Below the pieces are notes generated by a model. It made no database searches. It was not told the origin of the DNA and saw only the letters and a list, made by a program, of their open reading frames with translations. DNA of 64,000 bases from the human T2T-CHM13v2.0 reference genome, Homo sapiens. Both the position numbers and the translations under genes were made by a program. The stretch is taken from NCBI RefSeq assembly GCF_009914755.1, contig NC_060933.1; one strand, given 5' to 3'. Shown here piece after piece: positions 1 to 15,919 of the stretch (positions are counted from its first letter, which is position 1; each line of letters starts with the position of its first letter).

Positions 1-198
1 AAATCTCACTCTCTAAAAGCCTTTGGTTTACGTTGGAAGTATTGGGAGTGAGTCTTTGGGTTAAAATGGCATCAGGATATTAAACATTGTTATAAAGCCC
101 CAGTCTTTTGTAAGATACACAAAAAGGCATAGAAAATAGTAGAATCTAAGAGAAGCACTTAGTGATTTGATAAGGCCTATAAGAGTAGAGTACCTGAT

Positions 199-528
<330 letters not shown>

Positions 529-680
529 CTAGTCATCTTTGCCCTTTGGCTCAAAATGGTAATCAACAGATGGGAATGAAGTCAGAAGAAACTCTACCAT
601 TTGTCCTTTTCTCCAAAAGGCAGAATTTGTACCAGCCAAAACCGTGAAGATTTCAATGTAGAGATGGGTGTAAAAAAAAA

Positions 681-1140
681 TCAGCTATTGCTGTATAACA
701 GTCCCAGAATCTCAACAGCAGTCAACAGTAAGAATTTATTTCTTACACATCTTCTAGTTGTTTGGGAGGTCAGCCGACCTAGGTGAGCACAGTCAGGAAG
801 CTCTGCTTTGCACTGCAGTAGCCAGGTTGGGAGCTTACACTGAACCATACATCTGCAGGGCAGCCGGGACAACTCTGTTCCATGTGTGTTTCTTTTGGGG
901 TCCAAGCTAAAGGAGAAAGCAGCTGTCTTGTGACCACAGAGACTCAAGGGGGCAAGTGAAAACACACAGTATCTCTAAGGCCTAGCTAAGGACCAGCACA
1001 GCATCACTTCTGTTCACGGTGCCATTGATCAAAGCAAATCACATGGTTGAGCCCAAAGCTGGAATGGGGAAATACAGTCCACCCGTCTTCGGTGGAAGTA
1101 ACTTCAAGATTACACCACAAGGGTTTTGATACAGGGAGGG
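681..1140 (-). mobile_element. MLT1-family MaLR LTR remnant
   Basis: ctattgctgtataaca... terminus and ccattgatcaaagcaaatcacatgg motif typical of MLT1; subfamily uncertain. Confidence 0.6.
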
Positions 1141-1793
1141 CAATCAGGTATTTTTAAGAGGCTATTATCTTAACCTAGAAGTATGACTACCTAAAGTTGT
1201 CAAAACAACTATCAGTGGGAGAAATAACTTTTCCATATACAGTGCTGGAAATTGATTAGTGGAGGGAGCAGTTCTTATGAATGTTTAAAAGTTTTAGAAG
1301 GAAATGTATGCGTGTCAGATGTCTTGATGAGACTAAATTTAGAAGCAACGAATGAAACACGGAAAAAAGGTATAGATTTAGTTACTGCAAAGTTAAGAGA
1401 AAATAACTTGAAAAATATGGCAAAGTGTTAATATACTTAATATATGGAGTGTCTATAATCCATTTAGAAAAATAATAGGTCCCTGAAGATAAATGGGCAA
1501 AGGAAAGTGGACATTTCATAATAAAAGGAAATGCAAATGGTAGTAAACAGTATATAAAGGTTTTTCAATCTCACAAGGAATAAAAAAGTAAATATTTGAG
1601 ATGTCATTTTCTTATCAATATAGTTGAGATTAGAAAATATTAATTATGAAGGTGTTATAAGGGAGACACTTTTATACACTGCTGATAGCACTATAAATTA
1701 GAAATGAGGATTAAAGCAATATGTGTTAAGACCTTAGAAATTTCTATATCCTTTGTCCTGGAATTCCTACTTCCAAGCATACCCTTTATATCA

Positions 1794-1963
1794 TTTATTT
1801 ATTTATTTATTTATTTTTTGAGACAGGTTCTCACTCTGTTCCCTAGACCGGGGTGGCGTGATCACAGTCCACTGCAGCCTTGACCTCCTGGGCTTAAGCA
1901 ATCCTCCCACCTCAGCCTTCCGAGTAGCTGTGATCACAGGCATGCACCATTACATCTAGCTAA
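1794..1963 (-). mobile_element. Partial AluJ/right monomer with (ATTT)n tail
   Basis: ttttgagacagg...cactgcagccttgacctcctgggcttaagcaatcctccc. Confidence 0.85.
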
Positions 1964-3128
1964 TCTGGATAGCTGACTTCAGAAAAAGCTTAATGGCCAA
2001 TAATGTTTATTAAAGTATTATTTATAAATGAAGCCTAGAAACATTCTAAATGTCCAACAAAAAATGCTTTATTAAATTACGGTATACCCCTGAAGTGAAT
2101 CATTAGGTAACCTTTAGAGTTTAATTTATGAAGTCTTTAATAACACTTGGAACATGATCACATTGTAGCTCAACGAGCGAGATGCTACATTGCATATGTA
2201 GAGTGACATAAGCTACATGGAAAATGATGCAGGAATTAAAAGATTGGAAAGGGTGCCAAGTTGCTAAGCAGTTATCTCAGGGATTGCAACTGTCTTCATT
2301 TTCCTAATAAGAAGCTATTATTTTTATAATTAAGTCACTTAAGAATATGAAACCACTCAACGGGAAACAAAAACACCTTTATTTGCTTCCTTGGGGATGT
2401 AACTGAGTTCCTGGCAGCCTCAAAAGAAATTTAGAAAATGATCTTTCTCCAGTTAATATTGCTAACATCCAAACCAGATAAATTCAGGATAAAGAGAAAT
2501 CTACTTTGTCCCCTGAATTGATGGTACTTGGAACAGACCATGTACTCGCCAACTCTTCCCTTTCCTTTGGACTCTGAACCTGTCCTAAGGCAATATGTCT
2601 TCCCCAACCTTCCTTTTTTCCTAAATCACGTGAACTCAGTTTAATGTTTTGGTTTCAAATGGAAGAGTTTAAAATATATGCGTAAAATGTTATCCTGTTT
2701 GAGATAGGATAAAGACCCACTTCAGAAGTTAGGAAAGTAGCCATAAATTCATGCCCAGTTTCATCTTTCTTGGAGTCTTTCATTAATGTTGATGGGTTTA
2801 CCTTCATTTTGCTTGCCTAGAAGGTGAAAGTACAGGTAGAGACAGAATTGTAATATAGTTTTCATGTCTAAACTCTATTGACTCAAAATTCAAAGAGCTC
2901 ATGGCTGTTAATGCATCTTGAACTTGGGTCATCACCAAGTTCACTGTAATTTTTTTTTTTTAGACCTTGACTCTAATCAATTGTGGTTTCAGTTTTTTAT
3001 AGACCTTTTTCATTTACACCATGTACTGAAAACATGAAAAACAGCAAAATCCAAGGGTGAACTTTGACCTAGATTGATAACCAAATCTAGCAAACCCACA
3101 TGTATATATAAAATCAGAGTGAACACTA

Positions 3129-3459
<331 letters not shown>

Positions 3460-3743
3460 TTATTTCTTGAGTTGTGGTTTTGCAATTTAACCTCATGATC
3501 TCTCTCCTCATTTTTGTAAGGAATTAAATGTGATGTCTCAACTCTGTGAAACTGTGTGCTGTGGGCTAATTTCCAGCTCTTTCTGGAAATGAGTGAGAAA
3601 AACTGGGTAAGGGGTGGTAGAGTGGTAAATGTCTCAGTTAAATGTTTGTAAGCTCTTTGCCTAGTTTGAATAATACTAATTAGCTTCACACCATCTTTAG
3701 AAGTTGAAGTTCTAATACATTATTGTGATATTTTACAAAGTTA

Positions 3744-4082
<339 letters not shown>

Positions 4083-5704
4083 GAATTTCATAACATTTCT
4101 GACCAGATTTCATTAATGTGAAAACTATCTCCATGTTAATACTGTCCGTGAATTTCTGGAGCTCCATTAAATGTAATTCTCAGAAACTGAACTACATTCA
4201 ATTCTGAATTCAAATGAACTAAGAAATTTCCTCTTTAGTCCGTGAGGCCATTCACATTTAGAGACCTTATTAAAAGCTCACTAGATTAGACTAATTTAGG
4301 GAAGTTCTGAGTGGTAGAAAATTCTGAATGCTAGGTCTATTCATTCCAGTAACTAGAACTAGGCTAATTGAGCCAAGCTCCATATAATAGATGTTTTGTT
4401 TTCCTGAGTAAATAGGGTTTTACCTGGAATTACTGTATCATGAAACAGTCTAAGCATTTCTGGCTTCTGCACGTCCTATGAACATGTCACTTCCATCAAA
4501 CTGATACCCCCAGCATTTTCTGGGGTAAACATTCCTCCGTCAATCATCAGTCATGCTTCTGCTGTGAGAAGCTCTGCCATCCTCCTGGTGCTGGAGGGTG
4601 GAAGATCAGGGACAATGACTAGGAGTCCATAAGTGCTCACAGTATAGCAAAATAGATGGGGAGGAGAGGCAGGGGCCACATGTGGTTATAATCTTACCTG
4701 TAGTGGTAGAAATCAAGGTCAGAGATGCTTTCCTTTTTTAAAAAAATTAAATCCATTTAGCAGATCTATTATGTGCCAGTATTTATTCCAGAAACAGATT
4801 ATAGTTTAGAAGGGGAGAGAAATTAGTGAACACACAGCTTTCATGCAGTTGATAAGTGTAGTCACCACAGAGAAGGGGCAAATCATCCTGACCTGGGGAG
4901 TCTGTGGGTTTTTCAAGGAGCGTCACCTGATCTGGATCCTGAGCCTGTTTACCAAGGAGAGAAGAGCTGAAAAAGACCTTCCACTCAGAGCAAATAGAGC
5001 ATGCAAAGGCACGAGGAAAGTGGGGGTGGGAAGAGCATGCTGGCTACAGTGTAGCTGAAGCTGAGAGCTTGGACTGGAGGCTAGGAGAGGGCTTATAAAG
5101 GATGGCTGAGGTCAGGTTGAAGGACTTAGGTTTTTAAGACAAGGAATTTTTACTTTATAAGAAAATGGGAAGCCATTGGTAGATTCAGACTGGTGCATGA
5201 TGATTTATATTTTAGAAATGATTGAGGTGACCATACCAAAGGTAGATTGAATGGCCTCACAGGGCAGCTGGTTGGGAGGCTATTTCTGGAATAAATATCT
5301 TGATAGCTATAGGTACTAAGTGGTGGGAAAAGAGCTCATTAGATATGGACAGACAGGGAAGAGGAACAGATTTAGGAAAGAAAGCCCAGCATCAGGGTTT
5401 GACCCATTGAGTTGATGGTGCCTGAAGTATTCTTGGTGCGCATGCCCGAAACACACTGGAAACATAGATCTGGACGTAGAGACAGGTGGGAACTGGAGTG
5501 ATGGAGCCCTCAGCATACTATTAAGAAGGTCGAGATGAGTACCTTGAGGAGCAGCTGTGTCTCGTCCAGAGGGTCCACAGAGTCTGCTGATGCCGGTGTC
5601 GGTGCAGGTGTCCTGCCTTGTTCTGCTATCCCGGGGTCCCTCCTTTCTCTCCCTCTTTTGCTCTTCTCGAACATGTACACACACAAATAGACACTCATTC
5701 ACTC

Positions 5705-6314
<610 letters not shown>

Positions 6315-6959
6315 CCAGATGTGTTTTCTATGAGGTAAATAACACATGCTTCCGGTCCCTTTTTTCCCAAGGAGTGTCTGCCCATCTTGCTCGGGCTGAC
6401 TCACTGTCATCCTTCAGACCACATTGATACCATGTCCTTCTGGAAAGCATTCCAATCCCCCCAACCCCCACCCCCAGGTGGGTTCATGGCCCATTCCAAG
6501 TGCTCCCGTACCAGGCAGTGATGATTGCATTCTTTTGCCATTGCCCTTTCACCAGACTCAGAGTGCCAGTGGGCAGTGAGCACACAGCTTTTGCACCATT
6601 GCATTTTCAGCATGTAGCATGTGGCAGGCTCTGGGGGAGGGGAGGATCAGAGTGAGTGAGAAGCAGAGTATCATGGTCAAGGTAGAAACCCCCAGGGCCA
6701 GTCAGACCTAGGCTCAGATAACAGCACTGTGTTATCGTCTAACTTTGGACAAATTTAACCTTTCTGTGCCTCAGCTGCTGCTTCTGGATATTGAGGATGA
6801 CAGTAGTATTTACATGAGGGGTTGTGATGATAAGTTCACATGTGTAAAGCTCTGAGCGCCCACAACGTAATGTTGTCCTTTAGCTCTTGCTGTTACTGTG
6901 GTGGTGTTAACTACCACTGCCACCATTACTGCCACAGTCGCTGTTAACTATGACGGGAA

Positions 6960-7220
6960 GTCCATGTGGTATAGGGATTAAAGGATAGTGTCAACTCGGG
7001 AGTCAGACTGCCTGGGTTTCAATCCCAGTTCCACCACTGACTAGTGTCTGTGGTCCTGAGCAAGTTTCTTAACCTCTCTGTGTCTCAGTTTCCCCACTTG
7101 AAAAATGTGGCTATTAGTTGCACCTAACTCAAAGGGATATTATGGAGACTAGATGAGAAAATTAACATAAAGCATTTAGAATAGTTGCTGGTTCCTAGTA
7201 GTGTCAAAAAGTGTTAACTA
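6960..7220 (+). mobile_element. MIR
   Basis: MIR core: gagtcagactgcctgggtttcaatcccagttccaccact...ctctgtgtctcagtttcccc. Confidence 0.75.
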
Positions 7221-8049
7221 CTGGGTACTAGGAAGTAGTTATCCAGTACTTCATTTATTAATGAAGTCTGACTTTGGTCTTAGCTATTAATTTTACTAGC
7301 CTTTCCTGTGTTCACTCAATCCTATGATACATGCTTTATGAGCACATTCTGTGTGCTGAATCTGCGATCTTGTGACTATGACTTATTCTACCTTGACTCA
7401 AAACAATGCAGTTTGATTTTTAAAATCCTAGAAAATCTTGGTGCCCTGTGTTGTCCTGATGGACTGAATGACGTTGAGTAAATCTTAGCGTATAATCTGT
7501 GGTTCACAGATGTTATCAAGTGACACCATCTTCCTCATAAACCTGGGTCCTACACACAGGAGATTGTGATTCTATAAGGTACTGATCCTCTAAGCATTGC
7601 TAGTTTTCTGTCTCCCAACATAAAGAGATGAAAATACCAGCCCAGACACATTCCAGGTCAGAGAGATGTTATAATGAGGTCATGGATGAGGAGTATAGAA
7701 ACAAGAGTTCTTTAAATGTCCAGGCTGCTGTTGTCATATGAATGTCTTGAGTCTGTTCCTAAGAGTCAGACTTTATGATTAGATTAGTTTTAACTTCAAT
7801 TCAGTTCATGTTTTCTGCCTACCATAGTTAAAGGCATTGTAGGAATCACTTGAACCAAACAATAATTACTCTCTTTACTTTCACTAGTTACCTCTCCTAT
7901 TCTGCATTGTAAATAGTCATGAATGAAATTCATATTATCACTCAGCAAGCAAGGAGATGCAATTCCATTTTGTTTCTTCATCACCAATAAATTTGACCAC
8001 TAATATGTTAAGTCTCAAATTGTATACATTTAATTTTTCTCTCTGACAG

Positions 8050-8474
<425 letters not shown>

Positions 8475-8959
8475 TAATTCACTGTGATTCTATTACATCT
8501 CAGTAACATGAATTTACATGACCACAAGTTTCCGAGAGGTATGTTTGTCAGTTTTGTCACTGCTGTTTTTCCAGTGCCTAGAGAATCACTTTGCACCTAG
8601 CAGGCACTCAATAATTATGCTTGGAAGAATGAACAGAAGCAAGGGGTTAGGTACATTTAGCATACACAAAAATCACCTGGGGTGTTAAAAATAGAGACTC
8701 CCAAAGCTTACTCTTCTTTGCATGTGGCATCAAGGGGATTTTGATACAGGTGTTTGGGGGACCATGCTTTGAGAAACATTTGTTAAAAAATTCTATAAAG
8801 GAAAATGGAGAAAAAATAACTGCTCTTTATAGAAACATGACTCTGCACCAATTAAACGTTGTAACTGGGTTTATTACCTGTTAATGTCACTAAATTTATA
8901 CCTGAGAGATAGAGTAAGGGGTAATGAAGGCATTCTTCCGGTCATGCCGTTCATTGCAG

Positions 8960-9099
8960 GTGTCGGTGGTATTGAAGCAGAAGCTGTCATGCTGGGTCAG
9001 CCAATCAGTATGGTGCTTCCTCAGGTGATTGGCTACAGGCTGATGGGGAAGCCCCACCCTCTGGTAACATCCACTGACATCGTGCTCACCATTACCAAG
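8960..9099 (+). CDS. ACO1: ACO1 exon 7
   Basis: ttgcag|GT...AAG|gtaaca; (G)[46 protein letters not shown]; 140 bp. Confidence 0.98.
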
Positions 9100-10364
9100 G
9101 TAACAATGTGCATCCTCTTCTGTGGTCTTGGAAAGCCACAATGATAGCTTTCCAATGGAGGGAATACATAATGGAATCTTGTTTGGTTTCCAAGTGCTCT
9201 AGCAATGCAAGGAAACAAGGTTGATGATTTTAAAAGGAGATGAGGTAAGGGAAGTGTTCTATGTTAAGTTTAGATCATTATGTTTGTTTTCTTCTAGTAT
9301 TGCTGCATCGATCTTTTTCTTAAAGGAAATTTTTTAAACTGAAATAGTTCAATGATACAGAAATTAAGATGGCATTCATATGCCCACCACCTAGATTTAA
9401 CAGATGATACCATTTTGTCATAGTTGCTTCAGAGCTCTCTGTGTTTTTAAAGAAATAATATGTAATATCTGTGGCTAAAGCCACATTCCCCATTTCTAGA
9501 AATAATCACTATCCTGAGGTTGTAAGAATCATTCCCATGCATGTGTTTATGCTTTCACTACATGTTTTCCACATGGTTCTTCCTTTTATGTAAATAGCAA
9601 GGTAGTTCCATGAATAGAGTTTTACTTTTTAAATTCTCTTCTCTGTATTATAAGTTACATTATTGTAACATATATGTCACCAAGCTGGAAAGTATTAGGC
9701 TTTTTCTGTAGCTGTTAGAGGAGACCATCTTTTTCTGTGATTTGCTTGTTTTGTAAAAAGGCCATTTCGTTTTGGAAGACTCTTGCAAAAGCAATGGTTT
9801 TTAATGATCACAAACATAATTTTTTTTGCTTTTATAGTTTGGAGGCTGGGGTCCTTTGCATGGACATGCTATCGTTAAAGTGCAAAACACATTTCTCTCT
9901 GATTTAATTTTTGTGAAATTTTGAATTGGATTTATTTGAATACCATAGCTTATCACAAATGTCTGTGCACTGTTCTTAAGATGTGGAATACTACAGGACT
10001 TCCTCACAAAATTTGGCAGAATTCCATATTACCAAAAGAGCCCATCTGTGTGGTTGTAGCTAGAAACTGGCTTTATGCAGAGCTAAGTCAGTCACTGTGG
10101 CCTCACTCCTGGCTGGTGCCTTGTGTGGAAAAGATATGGGAATCTTTTGGTTACATTTGACTTATACTTGTAGCATGAATTTTGCTCATTACGCCTTTGA
10201 AAAGTTATTTTCTTAACTAGTGCAAGTAGTTATTTAGGTTGAAAGAATTTAATATGTAGCACTTCCAGACGCGTCCAATGATCTCATTAGAGAAAGAGAA
10301 TGTTTCTCATCTTGAAATATTTTTCTTAATATCATTTGTATTTTGGGCACACTTTGTCTTTCTT

Positions 10365-10625
10365 TTTATAAATAAAAACTATTTGACATCATCTTAGATT
10401 TATGGGAGAGTTAGTATAAAGAGTACAGAGAATTCCTGTTATCTTTCTCCCAGCTTCCCATAATGTTAACATCTTAAATAACCATGGCACATTTATCGAA
10501 ACTAAGAAGTTAACATTGGTGTGGTACTCTTAACTACAGACTTTACCAGTTTTTTCAGTAATGTCCCAGAATTCTGCTCCAGAATCCAATCCAGGATACC
10601 ATGTTGCATTTAGTTGGCATTGTTT
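10365..10625 (-). mobile_element. Old L1M (L1MC-like) 3' fragment
   Basis: ttcccataatgttaacatctt...ccatggcacatttatcgaaactaagaagttaacattgg motif. Confidence 0.6.
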
Positions 10626-10777
10626 TTTAAGTTTTGAAAGTGATCACAAATGTGTTGGGCTGATTTACTATTTGGGTTTACTGACAAGACTAGTTTATAA
10701 GAAGTGCAAGATGGTAGTTCTGCATTTTGAATGTGGGCCATCAGATCTCAAACTTTTCTGTTGTTTCTGCTGCTTAG

Positions 10778-10949
10778 CACCTCCGCCAGGTTGGGGTAGT
10801 GGGCAAATTTGTCGAGTTCTTCGGGCCTGGAGTAGCCCAGTTGTCCATTGCTGACCGAGCTACGATTGCTAACATGTGTCCAGAGTACGGAGCAACTGCT
10901 GCCTTTTTCCCAGTTGATGAAGTTAGTATCACGTACCTGGTGCAAACAG
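10778..10949 (+). CDS. ACO1: ACO1 exon 8
   Basis: cttag|CAC...ACAG|gtaagt; [57 protein letters not shown]; 172 bp. Confidence 0.98.
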
Positions 10950-11486
10950 GTAAGTGAAGGGCCCTGAAAGCATCGGGCTTTTTGTAAAAGTTCCATGAAA
11001 CACCAAGAATCTGAGCACTGCCTTCTGCCTCTACCCAACAGAAGGCACTGGGTTACAGTTACACAATTATTTTTTTCTCCATGGAGTCAAAATGGGTTTT
11101 TGGGATTTAAGGAGTTAATATGAGATAGAGATGGTATGGCCAATAGAAAGAGCTCAGAGATTACAGAAGCCTGGATATTTATACTGGTCCTCTACTACTA
11201 GTTTTTTGACATTAAACAAGTGATCTTAGTAATGGTTACTGCTGCCTATGGGGTACTTGCTGTGTACCAGGTACCTAGTATGTATTTGCTGTCAACCTCT
11301 TTACAGATCTGTAGGGTAGATTGATTGACTAGTTAATTAACATTAGAGAAAACTGAGGAGCAGAGAAGTGTTCATACCCAAGGCTAATAAACAGCAGAGT
11401 CAGAATCCAACCCTGCAACTGCCTGGCCCCATACAGGAACAGCACTCTGCAACACCCCTCTCAGGGATGTCTAAAAAATGAAATGA

Positions 11487-11695
11487 GTCCAGGCATGGTG
11501 GCTCACTCCTGTAATCCCACCACTTTCAGAGGCCAAGGCAGGCAGATCTGACCTGAGGTCAGGAGTTCGAGACCAGCCTGGCCAACATGGCGAAACTCCC
11601 AGGAGGTGGAGGTTATGGTGGGCCGATCTCGCACCACTGCGCTCCAGCCTAGCCAACAGAGAGACTGTCTCAAAAAAAAGAAAAAAGAAAAGAAA
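11487..11695 (+). mobile_element. Alu with ~95-bp internal deletion
   Basis: Left monomer up to gaaactccc is joined directly to right-monomer aggaggtggagg. Confidence 0.88.
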
Positions 11696-12569
11696 TGAGA
11701 GTGTGATGTGATAATGAGAAAGAAAGGGGAGGTGGCTGAAGTACCCCAGAGGTGCTTGCACAGATCTCTGGATGAAGTGAAGGGACAGCCATGGGAAGGG
11801 TTTCATGAGAATCTTACAGACTCCAAATAAATCTTAGTCTTCTGCTGTAGCCTGAGGAAATTCCTCTAGAAATAGTAAAGATTGTCATGAAAAAGTTTAT
11901 TTAAAAAAGTTTTTATTAAATATAAACACATTGAAATTGATTAATACATCTTTGTTCTCCCAAAGGATTTTAAGTGAAAAAGATAACTAAAAGAACAGAA
12001 TAAATAATTGAGGGAATCAACCTAAAGAAAGAGAGGGATAGTGTGCTGGGTAGAGGGATAAAAGCTGTGAGATGGATCTAGAGGGAAGGTTAGTTGGTTA
12101 GTTCCCGTGGTGCTGCAGGTGGCCATTATACTTCTTGGTAATCCAGTGCCAAATTTGTAACATCTATTAAATTGAAACAAACATATTGCTTCAGAATAGT
12201 GTAGCCCTTTCTCATAGTAAACCCTAAGAAAGATTTCTCCTGTTCATCTTCATGAAGAGCATGGCATGGGTTGTAGTGAACAGCGGGCTCAACAACAGGT
12301 CAGGACAAATACATTAGTGAAGCTCATACAGCTGTCTTTTATGAGGTCTGTGCTGAGAGCTAATGACGTTTACAGTTCAGCTAAAACAAATAGACAAACA
12401 AAAGTTCTGATCAGTGGTAGGATCAGCCAAAGGATCAAACCTTCTGTTTCTAACCATCAGAGAAATTGTGGACTGCATGTCCGTTGGGCATACTTCATGA
12501 GTATTATCTCCTACCCCGGGATCTTGATAAAAGTTAAATAGCAGAGGGTTCAAGGTCATATTCCTGGTG

Positions 12570-12810
12570 ATGCAGCATCGTGAGTTAAGACTTTGAACTT
12601 TTGGGTCAAGCTCAGGTTTGGATTTTGGTTCTACCGTTTACTGGCTGTGTTACATGAGAAAGTTACTTAGTCTTCTTGAGCCGCCATTTCCTTATCCATA
12701 AATGAGAATAATAATTGTACTTGTATCTTAAGACTATGATAAAGGATTAGAGATTGAGGTAATACATTTAAAATGTTTAGGACACAGTGCCCAGAAAGTG
12801 CTCAGTAGCC
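12570..12810 (+). mobile_element. MIR
   Basis: MIR core gaaagttacttagtcttcttgagccgccatttccttatccataaatgagaataata. Confidence 0.7.
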
Positions 12811-13240
12811 AGTGGTTTCAGGTGGGGTTGGGATGCGTTTTAATTTTAACGGTAATCATGTGGAATGCTGAATCTTTGTGGCCAGTTGAAGGCAAATGCA
12901 TAGGTGTGCTTTCACAATTAGCTCAGGTGTAAGATTCTCCTAATTAAAGGCTATACCCCAAAAGAGGCGGGTTATCTATAGATAGAACCAGAATCTTTTT
13001 CAGAAAACAGTCACTTTGATAGGAACAGCACATTCATTAATGGCCCCTAATAAAAAGCAGCATCAGTGGGAGAGTCAAACCATTAGCCTGGAAGCCTAAA
13101 AATTGACAGAGCTGTTGGTGTGTGTGTAAGTGCAGCGTATGTTGCGTACTTACATAATTGCTAATGGAAGTATCAGTTTATAAACTTCAACCAGGAAATA
13201 CTAACCTATGTTACTTGTTACTCCTTAAAATGCCTTTTAG

Positions 13241-13341
13241 GTCGTGATGAAGAAAAATTAAAGTATATTAAAAAATATCTTCAGGCTGTAGGAATGTTTC
13301 GAGATTTCAATGACCCTTCTCAAGACCCAGACTTCACCCAG
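13241..13341 (+). CDS. ACO1: ACO1 exon 9
   Basis: ttttag|GTCGT...CCAG|gtatga; (G)[33 protein letters not shown]; 101 bp. Confidence 0.97.
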
Positions 13342-13638
13342 GTATGAGAGTGCCTTCCACTGTGCATGTATTTCCTCTTCCTCAAGGCTGCGATTTTAGT
13401 GGTGGTTTTTCTTGGGGGAATGCGCTAGTAGGAAATTAGTCACTGCCAAGGCATTACAAGAGAACGGAGTTTTAGAAGGTTGAAAAACCAAAAGGATAAG
13501 GCAATTGTAAACATAACAGAATAATATAACTTCTTACATTCCTACTGGCTTAATAATTGTAGGTTAAGTGTGCTTCCCTATTTGAACTACTGATTCACAC
13601 CTCTTAATGTGGAAGACCACTGAAAGACTTTGCTAAAG

Positions 13639-13845
13639 GAATAAGAATGATACAATGGACTTTGGGGACTCAGGGCAAAGGGTGGGAGGGAGGTGAAGGA
13701 TAAAAGATTACAAATTTGGGTACAGTGTACACTGCTCAGGTGATGGATGCACCAAAACCTCAGAAATCACGGCTAAAGAACTTATTCATGTAACCAAACA
13801 CCACCTGTTCCCCAAAAATCTATTGAAATATAAAGAAAAATAAAG
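13639..13845 (+). mobile_element. L1PB-like 3' end, 5'-truncated
   Basis: atggactttggggactcaggg...gtacagtgtacactgctcaggtgatggatgcaccaaaa...A-rich tail. Confidence 0.8.
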
Positions 13846-14470
13846 AGACTTCACTAGTGGAACAAGAGCTGTTTAAAGGCTAAACCATCATTATTACAGA
13901 CCTAGAAAGAAGTGAAGGTACAAACATGTCAGTAAACTGAATCCACGTTTTTCTAGACAACAAGGTAAACTAGCCCTGCGACCCATGTTTGGTTTCTTAA
14001 TACATTGAGGAGGGGAAATGTTCAGTTAGACTAAGGCCCGTTTCCTGGTGTTGATAACTTAACGGCTGCATCCCTCCGAAATCACCTTAGAAGTGTAATG
14101 GTTTATGTATGATTTCAATAGAAAACCCACCTTCGGCCTAACTTAGCCATATAAAACGCGATGAGCTGCCTCCAAGGATGGGCGAGTGGAGGACACTGAG
14201 CATCTGCAGCACCCACCCTGTTCTTTCTGAGAGGTGGCAAGGCTGCCTGCCTGTCTCCTGCTACTTAAGTGCCCATCATGATCTTAGGAAATTAATCACT
14301 TAAGATTAATTAAGAGGATTAAGAGAAACACTGGCTTCCTTGTTTTGGAATGTGGTAGTTTATTTGCTTATTTTTATGGTTGTCATGTTTTAAATTCTCT
14401 GACATGCTTTGGGTTTCCTCTTTGTGGGTATAATGTAAATTCTATAATTTCTTTTCTTTGGGGTCAACAG

Positions 14471-14587
14471 GTTGTGGAATTAGATTTGAAAACAGTAGTG
14501 CCTTGCTGTAGTGGACCCAAAAGGCCTCAGGACAAAGTTGCTGTGTCCGACATGAAAAAGGACTTTGAGAGCTGCCTTGGAGCCAAG
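14471..14587 (+). CDS. ACO1: ACO1 exon 10
   Basis: caacag|GTT...AAG|gtaggg; [39 protein letters not shown]; 117 bp. Confidence 0.98.
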
Positions 14588-15759
14588 GTAGGGGCCTGCG
14601 GGAAGAGGTTGAATCCTCTCAACTCTACCTCTTGCCTGGTTACTCAGCGTCCAGGCTTTCATCCCACTTGACATGAATCTTCCTGTAGCCTGAAGCTTGA
14701 GGGTGTTTATTCTTCCTTCTGAAGTCCTTAATGACTTCCTCCATTAGTCACGAGCCAAGCGGCAAGAGCCATCATAGACACAACTCAACCCACCTTTTTA
14801 AGCATGTCTGCTTTTCGCAGGACGCTCACCACACTGTTTACTCACCCGAGGTTTTCTAGCTGTTGCACCTTTGTGCATGCCCCTCCCTGCCTGAAAGTCT
14901 CTTCTCCAACTCATATTACTCTGTTCTGTGAACTCCATAAGACTTGGTTCAGATACCAGCTACTCTGCATTGGGTTCTCAGAATCTCATAGCAGAAAGTC
15001 CCCTTTCCCTTATTGGACACTTCATGGTGCTTGGGCTGAAATACTTCGATAGCATTCCATATTCTTTAACTTACATTGTTGGTACTTTATTTGCATGTAT
15101 GATTTCTGTTGCTAGACTGTACGTGTGAGAATAGGATTTGTGTCTGAATCACCTTGGGAGCCCGCAAGGTACCTAGCACAGTATCTTACATGCAGTAGAT
15201 TTTCAATGAACATTTCCCAAAAGAATGATTAAGATGTATGATGGATTTTATCTGTGAGACACCAGTATTATGCCAAATATTCAGCTGTACTTTGTTTGCG
15301 TTGTTGATCATGATTAATTGAGTCTGGTCAAAATAGCGCCTTTTTCTAAATTTCCATAAGGTTAGAATCCATAGTCTTAATCAGTCCATATCCATTAAAC
15401 TGTACAATAATGTCATTGAGTTCAATTTAGACTAACTTTAAATTTGTAGTTTTAGCATTTACATTTTTGAGGTGGGAAGGAAGTAATTGTTACTAATTTC
15501 AGTGCAGAGTAAGACTCAGATATCATGACTGCTTTTTGTAAAGATTTCAAACGAGTAATTTTTCTGTAGCATTTCAGAGTTTACTTGCAGAGATACTTAG
15601 GCTTTTGTTAAGAATTGGCCTTTAAAATTATAGTTACCAAAGTATTCCTTCTTCTCAAGTGAGAACTGTTGACTATATGTATGTATTTTCCTCTAGCCAG
15701 ATACATGTATATCTTATATAAATATATTCCTATATAATATACATTTTTTCTTCCTTTAG

Positions 15760-15919
15760 CAAGGATTTAAAGGATTCCAAGTTGCTCCTGAACATCATAA
15801 TGACCATAAGACCTTTATCTATGATAACACTGAGTTCACCCTTGCTCATGGTTCTGTGGTCATTGCTGCCATTACTAGCTGCACAAACACCAGTAATCCG
15901 TCTGTGATGTTAGGGGCAG
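15760..15919 (+). CDS. ACO1: ACO1 exon 11 (contains Fe-S ligand Cys437, codon 15880-15882)
   Basis: tttag|CAA...GCAG|gtaagt; [53 protein letters not shown]; 160 bp. Confidence 0.98.

Noticed and set aside
2980-3000. ISRE-like ggtttcagtttt
   Set aside because: Imperfect, isolated match expected by chance in AT-rich intron.
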